Positions 9,193-19,454 of a DNA stretch of 64,000 nt are shown here, one piece after another (within the stretch, counting starts at the first letter, position 1; every line of letters starts with the position of its first letter). Location: IMG/VR virus record IMGVR_UViG_3300020185_000022. One strand, 5' to 3'. The notes under the pieces are model-generated. The model worked only from the letters and a program-made list of their open reading frames with translations. It was not told the origin of the DNA and did not search any database. The position numbers were made by a program, and so were the translations under genes. Source of the stretch: a virus.

Positions 9193-10410
9193 TTAGCCTT
9201 TTCCTTTTTCGAGCTTCTCAAGAAACGAGCTTGTACCAGCTGGAAGCTTATGCGTTCCACCTCCTACGACTCGTTGTTGTTGTAGAGCAGTATCTAGGTC
9301 GTTGGTTGCCTCAGTTTTAATCAAGGCTTTTAGCCTGTCTAGGTTTGGTTGAGGAGTACCGTCGTCTGCTATATTGAATAAACCGTAATGATTGTACAAG
9401 TGAAGCAGCTTATTAAATTCAGCTGGATTCTTCATTTGATTAGCCATGACAGCGTTCAAAGCTCTACCGTTGTTATCATAACCTACAGCTTCAGTTAAAG
9501 ATTTTTTCAAAGCGTCTTTATCCATTTTAGACAAGGGCACATCTTTAATGATGCTCTCTTGAGATTCTATGGAAGAAATAAGCTTATCCATGCTCTTCTT
9601 TCTGTTTTCAGCTGCAAGTCTATCTTGCTCATCAGCAGCTTGCTTTAAAGCATTCTTTTGGTCTGTTAGTGCTTGCTTAATTTTAGGCACTGCTTCTTTA
9701 CCACGTTCTGATAACTTATCCAGTGATAAAGCATCTCCGACTGTTCTATCTATTTCTGTTTTGTCTAGACCCTTAAGGCTTAGATAATCTCGATACGCAT
9801 CTTCTAGATCTGTATCTGATAGACTAGCTTCGTCCATAGCATCATATCTTGCGATCATGTTTGCTAATGGCTTAGCTTGGTCGTGGGAAATTCCTGCATC
9901 TGTTAGACCTAAGTATTCTTTCTGTTCATTTGGGAGCGAACTCTTCCATGACTCATGAATACCTCTAGAATTTGTTTCAATTGTTTTAGACACTAGCTCA
10001 AGTATTTGAGCAGAGCCTTCGACACTTGTAGGGTCAAATTCATCAGTTGCGGAAATGATTCCATCTTTTACTAGTTGGCTTGCTAAAGCTGCATAAACAT
10101 CACTGTTAATGCTACTAGTAGTTTTTTTAGTCTTGTCGCCTGTGTCCAGAGTACCTGCTCGCTTAGCTTCTTCAGCTGCTGCAATATCTTCTGGGGTAAG
10201 CAAATTCAAAGAACTTTGTCCTGTAGCGGCTGAATTAGCAGGTACATCTATTGGAGGTGTGCCTGTATCATCTGTCGCTGTTTCTGAAGGAGTAGTAACA
10301 GGTTCGTTTGTTGGTTCTGGTTTCCCGATGTTTCTTACTTCATCTGGACTTAAGAACTGAACATTTGAAAACTGTTCTGCTTTAATTCCTTCTTCTGTAT
10401 TTTCTGCCAT
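9193..10410 (-). CDS. Scaffolding protein candidate
   Basis: 405 aa, acidic, low in aromatics, with long predicted helical/coiled-coil stretches, located immediately upstream of the capsid gene. Confidence 0.55.
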   Translation of the reverse strand: MAENTEEGIKAEQFSNVQFLSPDEVRNIGKPEPTNEPVTTPSETATDDTGTPPIDVPANSAATGQSSLNLLTPEDIAAAEEAKRAGTLDTGDKTKKTTSSINSDVYAALASQLVKDGIISATDEFDPTSVEGSAQILELVSKTIETNSRGIHESWKSSLPNEQKEYLGLTDAGISHDQAKPLANMIARYDAMDEASLSDTDLEDAYRDYLSLKGLDKTEIDRTVGDALSLDKLSERGKEAVPKIKQALTDQKNALKQAADEQDRLAAENRKKSMDKLISSIESQESIIKDVPLSKMDKDALKKSLTEAVGYDNNGRALNAVMANQMKNPAEFNKLLHLYNHYGLFNIADDGTPQPNLDRLKALIKTEATNDLDTALQQQRVVGGGTHKLPAGTSSFLEKLEKGKG

Positions 10411-10436
10411 TGTTTTGATTGTTTTACAAAAGTGTT

Positions 10437-10472
10437 AATAAAAAAGGGATGTTCTGTCATTCAATGACAGAA
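10437..10472 (-). terminator. Hairpin plus T-run after the fibre-like gene
   Basis: On the minus strand, TTCTGTCAT-tga-ATGACAGAA is followed by CATCCCTTTTTTATT. Confidence 0.55.
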
Positions 10473-10492
10473 ACGAAATTTACTTTATAGCT

Positions 10493-11824
10493 TTACGCCT
10501 CTAGTATTCCTAGGTTTTTAAGTGCTTTAACTACGTCGTTTATAGTATAAGCCAATGTTCCAGTATTTCCAGTGAAGGTATCTGAAGCATTTACATTAGT
10601 TCCTCCTACGGCTGCGTGGCCTGTAGTTTCACCTGTACCGTTAGGTTGTGCTATTGGGGTAGCACCAAATAAACCTATAGTATCTGAAGCAGCTAGTCCT
10701 ACTTTAATAGTAGGAGACATTGTAATTGCGCCTCTAGTACCTGAACTGACTGTTCCTGTATAGAAATTAATATCTCCAGAATTTCCTGAAGTAGCCCCGC
10801 CATCACCACTATAAAATTCTAAACTTCCACTATTACCAGTAGCTCCAGGAGGGTTAGAACGTAAAGAGAAACTTCCACTATCGCCTGACCCAAAACCATC
10901 GCCACTAAATAGATTAAAATTACCACCATTAAAATTACCAGCAGTAACTTTACCAGCATGTAAGTTTAAATTTTTTCCAGCAGTGCCTGAAGTGGAAGCT
11001 ATACGTATAGTTCTGTGATCAGCATTACTATACTCTACAATTCCAGCTTGTCTATTCTCATCTAAAATTCCTCCTAAAGTAAGAAGATAACTATCATCAG
11101 TACCAAAGTTAAAATTAGAATCTCCATCAGCATCAAAAGTCAAGATACCTCCATTTAAATCTAAACCTGTATCAAGAGTCATATTAGTAGAAGTTATTGT
11201 TACTACGTCTGAGCCTCCTACCTCTATATCTATCTGGTCATCAGTAGGAGCAGAGATAGTAGTATCTCCGTCTCCATCTAAAACTATAGCATCTGCGTTA
11301 CCTTGTGCGTCTAATGTTTTAATATAAAGTATGTCATACACATCGTCTGCTTCAAAGTCAGTTTGCCACTGATCTACATTATAGCAATAAAAAGTAACCA
11401 CATCTTCTGGTTTAATACTTACAGATCCTGTAGTTGCTGTTTTATCGTCAATTTGATCTCCTGAAAAAGGATAGATTAATTTATCTGAAGCTGATAGGTT
11501 TACTATTTTGACTTCATTACCTACTTTTGCATTGGGTAACTGTACACCAGTAGTGCCTGCTCCTGTAGATATAATGTTTAATTTCTTGGTAAGTTTATAC
11601 GCATCTGTAGCACTAGAACCTACTGCAGTAATTCCTGACTCGACAGATAAAAGACTAAAGTAGTCTTTAAGTGTTTGTCCAGTTGCTTTTCTTATGTTGA
11701 ACTCTCCAGATCTTTCTCTGGGTTCGTTTAAAACAAACATAGACTCGTCATCTATCTTAGTGTAATCTTTGACTTCTGGAGTTACTGGAAGTCTTTCGTC
11801 TTTTAGTTGTTTATTCTTACTCAT
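10493..11824 (-). CDS. Gly-rich fibre-like or beta-helix-like virion protein
   Basis: 443 aa with degenerate repeats (GNSGSLEFYSGDGGATSGNSGDINFYTGT). C-terminus ...YTINDVVKALKNLGILEA. It lies between portal and scaffold and is followed by a hairpin plus T-run at 10437-10472. Confidence 0.5.
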   Translation of the reverse strand: MSKNKQLKDERLPVTPEVKDYTKIDDESMFVLNEPRERSGEFNIRKATGQTLKDYFSLLSVESGITAVGSSATDAYKLTKKLNIISTGAGTTGVQLPNAKVGNEVKIVNLSASDKLIYPFSGDQIDDKTATTGSVSIKPEDVVTFYCYNVDQWQTDFEADDVYDILYIKTLDAQGNADAIVLDGDGDTTISAPTDDQIDIEVGGSDVVTITSTNMTLDTGLDLNGGILTFDADGDSNFNFGTDDSYLLTLGGILDENRQAGIVEYSNADHRTIRIASTSGTAGKNLNLHAGKVTAGNFNGGNFNLFSGDGFGSGDSGSFSLRSNPPGATGNSGSLEFYSGDGGATSGNSGDINFYTGTVSSGTRGAITMSPTIKVGLAASDTIGLFGATPIAQPNGTGETTGHAAVGGTNVNASDTFTGNTGTLAYTINDVVKALKNLGILEA

Positions 11825-11835
11825 TATATTATTTT

Positions 11836-14247
11836 TTATTTTTTAGTACTTGGCTTTTTTGCAGCAGAAATACGCGCCTTCTGTAAGTCAGCATTAATTT
11901 TCTTAGTATTTTCCTTCGATTCGTGACGTTTGTCTTTCTCATCTTGTGCAGTCTGATGTTTAAGTTGTTTATCTAACATTCTTTCTTCAACTTCATCGTT
12001 GATGTCATTACTGTTAGAATCATTCTGAACTTTGATTTTCTCTGTCAGAATCTTATTATCAGCCTTGAGTTGTTCGATGAGCATATCCCCCTGAAGTTTA
12101 AGCCCCTCCATCTCTTTATTCTGGTTATGTGAGTAGTCAGCCATAGCTCTAGCTTGCTGCATCTTAGTTTCTTCAAGTTGTTGCTGAGCTTGTTGTTGTT
12201 GTTTCTGCTCTCTAGCAATACGCTTTGAAGCCTCTTCAAGTCTTGCAGATACGTCTTGAACTGAATCAGATCGTAAGATAGATACTACGTCTGAATAGCT
12301 TGCTGCTCCAGCTTGTAGTGCAGCCTGTGATAGTTGTTTTAGTGAATTAAGTACTTCGAAATCTCTAGAAGAATTAGAGATATAGATATCATAGTCAGAC
12401 ATTTGGAACTCAGACATAGACTTGATTACTTCCATCCCCATATCGTCAAAGACGAATTGTCCATATTCTGGTGTCTCTTTATATACAAACTTGCATACTT
12501 CTAAGAGCTTAGTAAGAACTCTTTTCTTAAAGTAAGAGTGTAATCCGTACCATTTCTCAGTAATGTGAGAAGACTGAGAAATCGCTCGTTCTACTCCTCC
12601 TACAGTTTCTGATGCCTGAATCTGGGACTCTCGTTGAGGAGAGACTCCAGATAGTTTACCCATGGTATCTTCTATGCTAAGTAACATTTCATTCCACATC
12701 CTAATGGAATTTGTATTATCGAAAGGAATGTTGGTAGCAGTTAATGTATTAAAGACCCCAGCTGACTTTCCTTGAGATGGTCCTTTCAAAATCTCTGCTG
12801 TAGGGTTGAGTGGCATCATTCTTTTTACAGTAACATGTTGGAACCATTTTTCTGGTGTCCAACCTGCAGGTACCATAGATGTGTTATAGGCCATGATATT
12901 ACCATAGTGGGTAGCCATGTCCATTTCGCGTTTCCACCATACGATGTTATAAGCATAGTCTAATGGCTTAAGAATGTCCATCAAAGATTGAATCTCACCA
13001 GAGTTGGTATTAAAAAACGTACCTACATAGTTTGGAGTACCTGTAGACAAGTTAACCATGGAGCGTCCTGAATAGCCAATTGGTCCGACGTCTACATAGA
13101 TGTCATCTGCTATTCGTACGCCTTGCCACCATTCATTAGGCCAAATCCATTTAACGATTTCTTCTCCAGCATCAGTGTCTGGAAGATATTGTTCAGGTAC
13201 AAACTCAAATTGCTCATTTCCTCCTTCATCGTAGTATTTAAGCTTACCTATTTTTCTTTTGCTTTTCCAACAAGTCCTAGCTACTTTTACATTACCATCA
13301 GCATCAAAAGAAGATCCAAATGATCGTACTCCTTCAGGGTTAAGTAAGAACATACCTGAAGCAGACTGATAACCATAACGGTCTTCTACTGTAAATGTAG
13401 GCATGGTCAAAGAATACTTGTCCTTTGTTTTATCCATCCCATCTCTGTTTTCAAGCTTGTCTACTTCAGCTTCAGTAAGCTGGTCGTACCAGATATCTGA
13501 TACTTGTCCTATACTCATCCAAGAGAACTCTACTTGGATATCTGAGTCTTCTACTCTATTAGATTCTCCTTGTCCTAAGGTGTAGAAGTTTAATGGGTTG
13601 ACCTTTCTTACGCTAGGCCTTCCACCTTCTACTCCTACGTAGACGATTTCTTCACCTGCAATAAGTGCGTCTTCAAAACATTCTGAGAATACTTCTTTGA
13701 GCTCTAGTCTTTGATACTCTCTTTTGAGTACCTTATTTGCTACTTTCTCAGACATGTCTTGGTACTCATACTTAGTGTAGTGTTGTAGCTTAGCTAGCTT
13801 CTCTGCTACTTGGTCTTCGTTTTGATAATTAGCTTTGATGATATCACTAACTGTGCTTTCTAACGTATCCATGAGATCTGACTCTTTTCTCGAGATGCCT
13901 TCTTGATCACCTGCAGAGATAACAGCTTTGAACTCATCAGGGCGCTTACGCTCTTCACCAATAAGTAAGTTGATTTTGTTGTTCCCCATGCCTATATGTC
14001 TAAAAGTAGACGGGAAGGTTTCTAGGCCTAGTTTATTGGGGTCGAGTACCTCTTCTACATCTTTAGGATCAATCTTGTTGATTCGTAGATTGTAGTTTAC
14101 TATTTTGTTTCTGAAAGATTTACGTACTTGTTCGTGGTCTGTATTAGTCAGTTCAGCTGCAGTATCAATGCAATCTTTCCACCACTTTTCAGTTTTCTTT
14201 CTATCAGATAATTTTTGTTTAGGGAACTTTGTAAGTTGATACTCCAT
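11836..14247 (-). CDS. Portal protein candidate
   Basis: 803 aa, immediately downstream of the large terminase. It has a C-terminal Gln-rich coiled-coil tail (EQKQQQQAQQQLEE). Assignment rests on position and size. Confidence 0.7.
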   Translation of the reverse strand: MEYQLTKFPKQKLSDRKKTEKWWKDCIDTAAELTNTDHEQVRKSFRNKIVNYNLRINKIDPKDVEEVLDPNKLGLETFPSTFRHIGMGNNKINLLIGEERKRPDEFKAVISAGDQEGISRKESDLMDTLESTVSDIIKANYQNEDQVAEKLAKLQHYTKYEYQDMSEKVANKVLKREYQRLELKEVFSECFEDALIAGEEIVYVGVEGGRPSVRKVNPLNFYTLGQGESNRVEDSDIQVEFSWMSIGQVSDIWYDQLTEAEVDKLENRDGMDKTKDKYSLTMPTFTVEDRYGYQSASGMFLLNPEGVRSFGSSFDADGNVKVARTCWKSKRKIGKLKYYDEGGNEQFEFVPEQYLPDTDAGEEIVKWIWPNEWWQGVRIADDIYVDVGPIGYSGRSMVNLSTGTPNYVGTFFNTNSGEIQSLMDILKPLDYAYNIVWWKREMDMATHYGNIMAYNTSMVPAGWTPEKWFQHVTVKRMMPLNPTAEILKGPSQGKSAGVFNTLTATNIPFDNTNSIRMWNEMLLSIEDTMGKLSGVSPQRESQIQASETVGGVERAISQSSHITEKWYGLHSYFKKRVLTKLLEVCKFVYKETPEYGQFVFDDMGMEVIKSMSEFQMSDYDIYISNSSRDFEVLNSLKQLSQAALQAGAASYSDVVSILRSDSVQDVSARLEEASKRIAREQKQQQQAQQQLEETKMQQARAMADYSHNQNKEMEGLKLQGDMLIEQLKADNKILTEKIKVQNDSNSNDINDEVEERMLDKQLKHQTAQDEKDKRHESKENTKKINADLQKARISAAKKPSTKK

Positions 14248-14251
14248 CTTG

Positions 14252-14259
14252 CAAAAGTA
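14252..14259 (-). promoter_or_regulatory. TAnnTTTG box just upstream of the portal gene
   Basis: The reverse complement reads TACTTTTG, ending 4 nt before the ATG at 14247. Confidence 0.35.
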
Positions 14260-14268
14260 GATATTTGT

Positions 14269-16458
14269 CTAGTTAAATCTTCTGGGCATATTTACTTTAA
14301 ACATTTCCTCTATAGCTTTATCATTAGCATTTCTACCTAGGACAGTATCAAAGTATTCGTTATCTGTAAAGTCTTTAGCACGTTCTCTATATTCTGTAAT
14401 ACCTGACGGCATAGTCTGATCATGCCAGAATATCATAGCTAACGCAGATACTCTATCGAAGTTACCTTCTTTGTGCCACATGATGAGCTCTTTAAGTATA
14501 GCTGGGCTTCTTATTTCTTTAAGGGCTATTTTGTCTGGGTTTTTTTCAGATAATTCTTCTAGTAGCCAACTTTTTATAAATGCCCTACCTTCTGAGTTTA
14601 CTTTACCAGTAGCTGTAACTCCCTTAGAAGTATTAGTTCCTTCCCTATATGTCGCTTGATTACGTAGTTGTGTAGGCGTATCAGCTAGGAGATATAGGCA
14701 TTGTTTCTGCTCAAAGTGTGTGAACATACCTACGAGGTTCTGCTCATACATAATAGTTGCGTGATAGTATATAGCTAGTCGTCTTGCAATTTCGTATACC
14801 TGTTTTGAGTAATCTTTTCTACCAGTATATTCAGCAACAATACGACGGGTGAGCCTATCAAATACAATGCAGCTAAATAAAGAATCAGTGGTAGAAATGT
14901 CTTTGTCGACAGTGTCCACTCCAATGATATAACGATGGTAAGGTATAAGTCCATTTTCGTCTTTTACAGGTTTTTCAAATAGCTCAATTGCTCCTGCTGT
15001 ATCAGCATTTTTCTTTAGAGGAAAGTCTCGTATAGGCTTAGCGCTGTCTAAGTCTTCCCAAGTTATCGCTCCATCTTTATATACTAGTTCACCTTTCCAT
15101 GAGGAGTCAAGCCAACGTTGTCTGTTACCTACTACTTCAGAAAGTCTGTCTTTTAGACTAACTACTGGGAAGTATGCTCCTTCAAGTACTAAGAAAGCCT
15201 CACTAGGTACAAGAGGTCTGTTAATGATCTCTGATTGATACGCAGTCTTAGATGGATTCTTTCTAGCTTTTTCTCTATCCATTTCTACAGATAGAGCAGC
15301 CTTGGTTTCGTTTGTTACTTTGTTGGGCCCTTCCTTGAATCCATTAAGAGTACTAGTAATAGGCACGAAGTATCCTATTTTTCCTGTGTTCTCAAATACG
15401 TCATCAAAACTAATACAGCCAAACTCTTCAGGGTTTCTAAAGATATTTTCAGCGTGTAGAGCTGAACTACCTCCAATTAGTCCTCCAGTACCTAAGCACC
15501 AGATGACCATGTTCTTAGTTTGTTTAGATGCCTGAGACCCTGTAAGAGCGCCCCAAGCTTCTTCGATATTACTAAAGAAACCAATCTCATCGAGTGCTAC
15601 AAGGTTAGGACGTCCAGCGTTACCTGCTAGAGGATTGTCCTTAAAAGTTCTGTGATATAGCTTAGAACCTGAGGCACTTTCTACGTTACGGTTAGCACCC
15701 CATCCACCTGTAATTCCAGGGAAGAATGGTGCAGGATAATACTCACCTTGGTAAGTAGTCCCTCCAGGAAGTAGATCAAGCCCCACCTTTACTTTATCAA
15801 TAAGCGGTTTAGAGTACTTAGTATCAATTGCTCCTAGGATAGTATCGGAACTTAGAGGTGCCTTCAGTCTAAGCTGTTCCAAATAAAGGTCATAATCAAT
15901 GGCCCCAGAGAATATAAAGTTATGTAATATAAGACCTGCAGTCGCATATGATTTTCCTCCACCACGACTCTGCATAGAAATAAAGTTCTGAGCATTATTA
16001 GCGTAGAGAGGTTTGCCTAAACTCTTGCCATGGTTTCTCCTTAGATATTCTCTAGCATCTATGTAGTTTTTACTATCGCGTTCCTTTTCGTCTATAAGAC
16101 CAAGTAGTCTAGCATTAGTATACTCTGGTCCATATTTTCTGTCACAAGTATTTTTAGTGTCTAGTTCAAACCCTGAGAAGCCCCGACATTCCTCATACAA
16201 GAGGAACAACTCCCAATCTATATCTCTCAGCCAAGGCATTCCAAATACTTGCCCTTTAGTTCTTTTGTCTTCTATTTCAATGTGGTGAAAGTTTACGTAG
16301 TAATACAGAGGCCCTGGCATCCACTTACCTGCTACCCAATAACCTTCTATGCACTTGCGTGCTTCTGTAGACCACCAAGTAATCCTGTCATATTCCTGTG
16401 ATATAGGATTGAATGTTGGTATGTCTTTTATTAGAAAGCTACTGTTTTCTACTAACAT
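14269..16458 (-). CDS. terL: Terminase large subunit
   Basis: 729 aa with a Walker A-like SRGGGKSY, a Walker B LVALDEIGF and a C-terminal RNaseH-like nuclease Asp motif IIGVDTVDKD. Confidence 0.88.
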   Translation of the reverse strand: MLVENSSFLIKDIPTFNPISQEYDRITWWSTEARKCIEGYWVAGKWMPGPLYYYVNFHHIEIEDKRTKGQVFGMPWLRDIDWELFLLYEECRGFSGFELDTKNTCDRKYGPEYTNARLLGLIDEKERDSKNYIDAREYLRRNHGKSLGKPLYANNAQNFISMQSRGGGKSYATAGLILHNFIFSGAIDYDLYLEQLRLKAPLSSDTILGAIDTKYSKPLIDKVKVGLDLLPGGTTYQGEYYPAPFFPGITGGWGANRNVESASGSKLYHRTFKDNPLAGNAGRPNLVALDEIGFFSNIEEAWGALTGSQASKQTKNMVIWCLGTGGLIGGSSALHAENIFRNPEEFGCISFDDVFENTGKIGYFVPITSTLNGFKEGPNKVTNETKAALSVEMDREKARKNPSKTAYQSEIINRPLVPSEAFLVLEGAYFPVVSLKDRLSEVVGNRQRWLDSSWKGELVYKDGAITWEDLDSAKPIRDFPLKKNADTAGAIELFEKPVKDENGLIPYHRYIIGVDTVDKDISTTDSLFSCIVFDRLTRRIVAEYTGRKDYSKQVYEIARRLAIYYHATIMYEQNLVGMFTHFEQKQCLYLLADTPTQLRNQATYREGTNTSKGVTATGKVNSEGRAFIKSWLLEELSEKNPDKIALKEIRSPAILKELIMWHKEGNFDRVSALAMIFWHDQTMPSGITEYRERAKDFTDNEYFDTVLGRNANDKAIEEMFKVNMPRRFN

Positions 16459-16977
16459 TTAGGCCATTGTTTGTTTCTCCATCATGGAGAGATTTCTAGT
16501 GCCCTTCTTAGTAGCTCCCTTTTCTTCCTCTAGCATCTTTTGTACCTTCTCTAGTTCGATGTACATTTTGCCAGTAGATAGGTTCATTTTGTCTAGTTCT
16601 GCAGCATTATTAAGGCTGTACTTCTGTGTAGACAAAAACTTATCCCTAGAGCGCATAGACTCATTCCATTTTAGAAGAGATCTCTCAGCTTGTGTCATAC
16701 ACGTCTCTTCATAGAATGCTCTTACTTCAGAGTATTTGTCTAGGTCAAATGTTTCGTCTTTGAGCCAGTCACGCTTTACTACTTCTTCCTTGTCTGGAAG
16801 GTTGTAGAGTTTAGAATTCCTATCGCATAGTAAGTGAATAGCCCACATAAGCATAGAGGAGTTGTCCTTCTTCTTAGACTTGTCTTTGTTATGCAGGTCT
16901 TTGCAGGGCCCAAAGTGTTTCAGTTGAGGAAACTCTTCCCAGAAGGAACGCTCTATGTTGAAGCTATTAGTTATCAT
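16459..16977 (-). CDS. Small terminase subunit candidate
   Basis: 172 aa; its stop abuts the terL start. Assigned on position only. Confidence 0.35.
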   Translation of the reverse strand: MITNSFNIERSFWEEFPQLKHFGPCKDLHNKDKSKKKDNSSMLMWAIHLLCDRNSKLYNLPDKEEVVKRDWLKDETFDLDKYSEVRAFYEETCMTQAERSLLKWNESMRSRDKFLSTQKYSLNNAAELDKMNLSTGKMYIELEKVQKMLEEEKGATKKGTRNLSMMEKQTMA

Positions 16978-17215
16978 CTGGATGTGGTACGTTTACTCTA
17001 ATTTTTATTCCCTGAAGACTATTATATCTTACAAACTCTCCACCATGAGCGCTCTTAGGATCGGGGGTTCTAACAGTCGTAACTTCTCCTACTACTAGCT
17101 CCATAAGCATCTCATGCATTTCTACAGCGCTCTTTTCGTCAGTAGTAAGTACTGCTTCTGTAACTCCTAGGTCTGCTAATATAAAAGCCATCTCTTCGTA
17201 TTTATTCTTTGCCAT
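16967..17215 (-). CDS. Hypothetical protein
   Basis: 82-aa ORF overlapping both neighbours by a few codons (operon packing). Confidence 0.5.
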   Translation of the reverse strand: MAKNKYEEMAFILADLGVTEAVLTTDEKSAVEMHEMLMELVVGEVTTVRTPDPKSAHGGEFVRYNSLQGIKIRVNVPHPDDN

Positions 17216-17432
17216 AGTCAGTATAATCTGATTTTACATAATCAACAGTTAGCTTTCCTATAAATCCTGAACCGTCAGTGAAAGTAACTGCATAAGTATC
17301 AGGTTCTGAATTGCTCATAGTATGCACCTCATTGACTGTCTTTCCCTCTAAGGTTCTTTTTAGTAGTTCAAGTTTTTTTCCTGTTCTTACTAAGAAATAT
17401 TTATCATTATCTACTGCTTTGTCTTTACTCAT
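17202..17432 (-). CDS. Hypothetical protein
   Basis: 76-aa ORF with operon packing. Confidence 0.5.
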   Translation of the reverse strand: MSKDKAVDNDKYFLVRTGKKLELLKRTLEGKTVNEVHTMSNSEPDTYAVTFTDGSGFIGKLTVDYVKSDYTDYGKE

Positions 17433-17931
17433 GACTGTCTTTTACTTTTAAGATTATCATTCTATCTGCTTTCTTTTTTCCACCGTAATAATGATTGAGC
17501 TTGTACTTTACTAAGTCTTGCTGTGGACCATATCCTGCAACTCTTAGTGTTTCTGTTACGCTGTCATAATTACTGGGATACAGAGTCACATCAGTAAACT
17601 TCTCGTTGAAGTTCATCTCAGCTGTCATAGGAGTTACAGAGTTCCATAGTCTGTCGAACCACTTAATTTTACGCTCTCCTTCGTTGTAGTAATATACTCC
17701 ATATTTCATAAGTCCTGAAGATTCTAAGGCATAACAGATTCTGACTGAGTTGTCGTGATGTTTGCCAAAAGAGATGCCACTTATCTTGGAAGAAAAGCTG
17801 AGGTGGCTCCATGACCTACGAGGAGGTGATAGGAATTCCCAAGAGGTAGTGAACTTTTTTACTGGTTGTGCTATTAAGTTTAGCTTAGGAAGCCAGGACC
17901 TGTGTGTATTCTTAAATGTCAGCTGGATCAT
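17425..17931 (-). CDS. Hypothetical protein
   Basis: 168-aa ORF; no motif recognised. Confidence 0.5.
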   Translation of the reverse strand: MIQLTFKNTHRSWLPKLNLIAQPVKKFTTSWEFLSPPRRSWSHLSFSSKISGISFGKHHDNSVRICYALESSGLMKYGVYYYNEGERKIKWFDRLWNSVTPMTAEMNFNEKFTDVTLYPSNYDSVTETLRVAGYGPQQDLVKYKLNHYYGGKKKADRMIILKVKDSHE

Positions 17932-18202
17932 CGTATCTTACTTTTTTAGTTTCAATATGTGTTCTTGCTTGTGCTAAGGCAGCTAAACTAACTGCAGTCA
18001 CTGCTAAGAATCCTAATAGCCCCACTATTGCCCCACTTTCTGTGCTAGTCCAAAGTGCGCCTATAGATATACTGGTCATGATGATGGACCAGATCCATGT
18101 GCCTCTATAAAAGTAGAGGTATAGATAATCTCTAGTTACCTGACTTAGGCCCTTTCTGTTGTACAGCCACAACCTCACTGCTTTTAGAATTTTTGTCTTC
18201 AT
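17912..18202 (-). CDS. Small membrane protein with two predicted TM helices (holin-like topology)
   Basis: Hydrophobic stretches TWIWSIIMTSISIGALW and GAIVGLLGFLAVTAVSLAALAQA, followed by a charged tail. The 5' 71 nt overlap 18132..18452, so the true start may be internal (for example the Met at 18079). Confidence 0.45.
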   Translation of the reverse strand: MKTKILKAVRLWLYNRKGLSQVTRDYLYLYFYRGTWIWSIIMTSISIGALWTSTESGAIVGLLGFLAVTAVSLAALAQARTHIETKKVRYDDPADI

Positions 18203-18452
18203 ATGATTTCTTTTTTAGTTTGTTTATAGTCCTGATAGTTCCAAGTCTAGGGACGAACTTCCCCCAGTAGGGGAGCATGAAGACTTTAAAATCTTCTTCG
18301 TTGTAAGTGCCATCTTCATTTGGTTGGATGATTTCTTTCGTCTTTTCGTGGATGAACTTAAACTGCCCTTTCCAAATTTCGTACGCTTCTTCTTTCTTAA
18401 TCCCATGCTTACGTGCTACTTCTGCAATAATTTCTCTTTGCTTACGATTCAT
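18132..18452 (-). CDS. Hypothetical protein
   Basis: 106-aa ORF, Lys/Glu-rich. Confidence 0.5.
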   Translation of the reverse strand: MNRKQREIIAEVARKHGIKKEEAYEIWKGQFKFIHEKTKEIIQPNEDGTYNEEDFKVFMLPYWGKFVPRLGTIRTINKLKKKSYEDKNSKSSEVVAVQQKGPKSGN

Positions 18453-18846
18453 CTATCTTTAAGCTAAATGTTAGTTCGAACTTATCCTTTCCAGGGACGA
18501 TAATCAAGCTCTTATGAATTTCTTTATATCCTTTATCAGAAAGTATGATAGGAGTTTTCAAGATAGGATGTTCCTTCTTGGACATACGAGAAAGAGCAGT
18601 ATCAAACTGGTTTTGATTGATGCCTAGCTCTTCTCGCATTACCTTTCGGGTGTCCGTTGAAAACACATACTGCCATCTGATGTGTTCCTTTGTTCCTGCG
18701 GCTTCGTTATAGTGGTACAGTACTTCTCCTAGCACTTTCATCTCTGTATCTGTGAGTTGCAGTATAGGATTAATAAACTGGAGATATCTGTAGAACAAAC
18801 TTCTCAGCTTAGTAGGAATTAATACTATTTGACTATTCTCTGCCAT
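18442..18846 (-). CDS. Hypothetical protein
   Basis: The track ORF is 18442..18912. I prefer the ATG at 18846 (MAENSQIV...), which lies just after the stop of the upstream gene at 18849. Confidence 0.5.
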   Translation of the reverse strand: MAENSQIVLIPTKLRSLFYRYLQFINPILQLTDTEMKVLGEVLYHYNEAAGTKEHIRWQYVFSTDTRKVMREELGINQNQFDTALSRMSKKEHPILKTPIILSDKGYKEIHKSLIIVPGKDKFELTFSLKIDES

Positions 18847-18848
18847 TA

Positions 18849-19052
18849 CTAGTTCATTAAGTCGCCAAGATAACTTGGTTTGTCTTCTTGCAATACCTCT
18901 GCAGGTACCCACACTGAATCTCCATTCTGAAATGCTACATAGTACTCGTAGCTAGCAGTAGGAGGTATTCCTTTTATTGTTGTGGCTACAATCAGTCCAT
19001 AACCTAAGTCTTTTGACATTGAGTGCCATACGTGGTCTCCGTTTTCGTACAT
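18849..19052 (-). CDS. Hypothetical protein
   Basis: 67-aa ORF; its start overlaps the upstream stop. Confidence 0.45.
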   Translation of the reverse strand: MYENGDHVWHSMSKDLGYGLIVATTIKGIPPTASYEYYVAFQNGDSVWVPAEVLQEDKPSYLGDLMN

Positions 19053-19423
19053 TATTCTACAATTATAAAGCCTGTAAGCTTTGGGTCTGACAAGTCCACA
19101 GGTATGAGTAATTTGGATGAATTCTCGAACTTCTCACCATACCAGCTAGGGCTAAGCTCATACTTGCCCCTGCTGATTTTGGATATTAGTTCTTTTTCCC
19201 TTAATTCTCTAAGAGCTTTCTTTAGAGTAATATCTGAGTATGATTCTATTGAGGTACCTTGCTTACCTCTGATAACAGTGCCAGAGTGAAACTCTTGCTT
19301 TCTGTTTTCTCGCAGATACTCTATGAAGTCAATACTAGACTTCTTTAAACCAAGAAACCTATATAGAGAGAGGTAAGTCTCGTCTATATAGGTCTTGTTG
19401 AGTTTCTGTAAGATTTCTGCCAT
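19052..19423 (-). CDS. Hypothetical protein (possible winged-helix DNA-binding fold)
   Basis: 123 aa with segment ...ITLKKALRELREKELISKISRGKYELSP. The fold guess is weak. It is preceded by a TATATTTG box. Confidence 0.45.
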   Translation of the reverse strand: MAEILQKLNKTYIDETYLSLYRFLGLKKSSIDFIEYLRENRKQEFHSGTVIRGKQGTSIESYSDITLKKALRELREKELISKISRGKYELSPSWYGEKFENSSKLLIPVDLSDPKLTGFIIVE

Positions 19424-19454
19424 GTCGTGAATATCTTTACGCTTAGTATACGCG

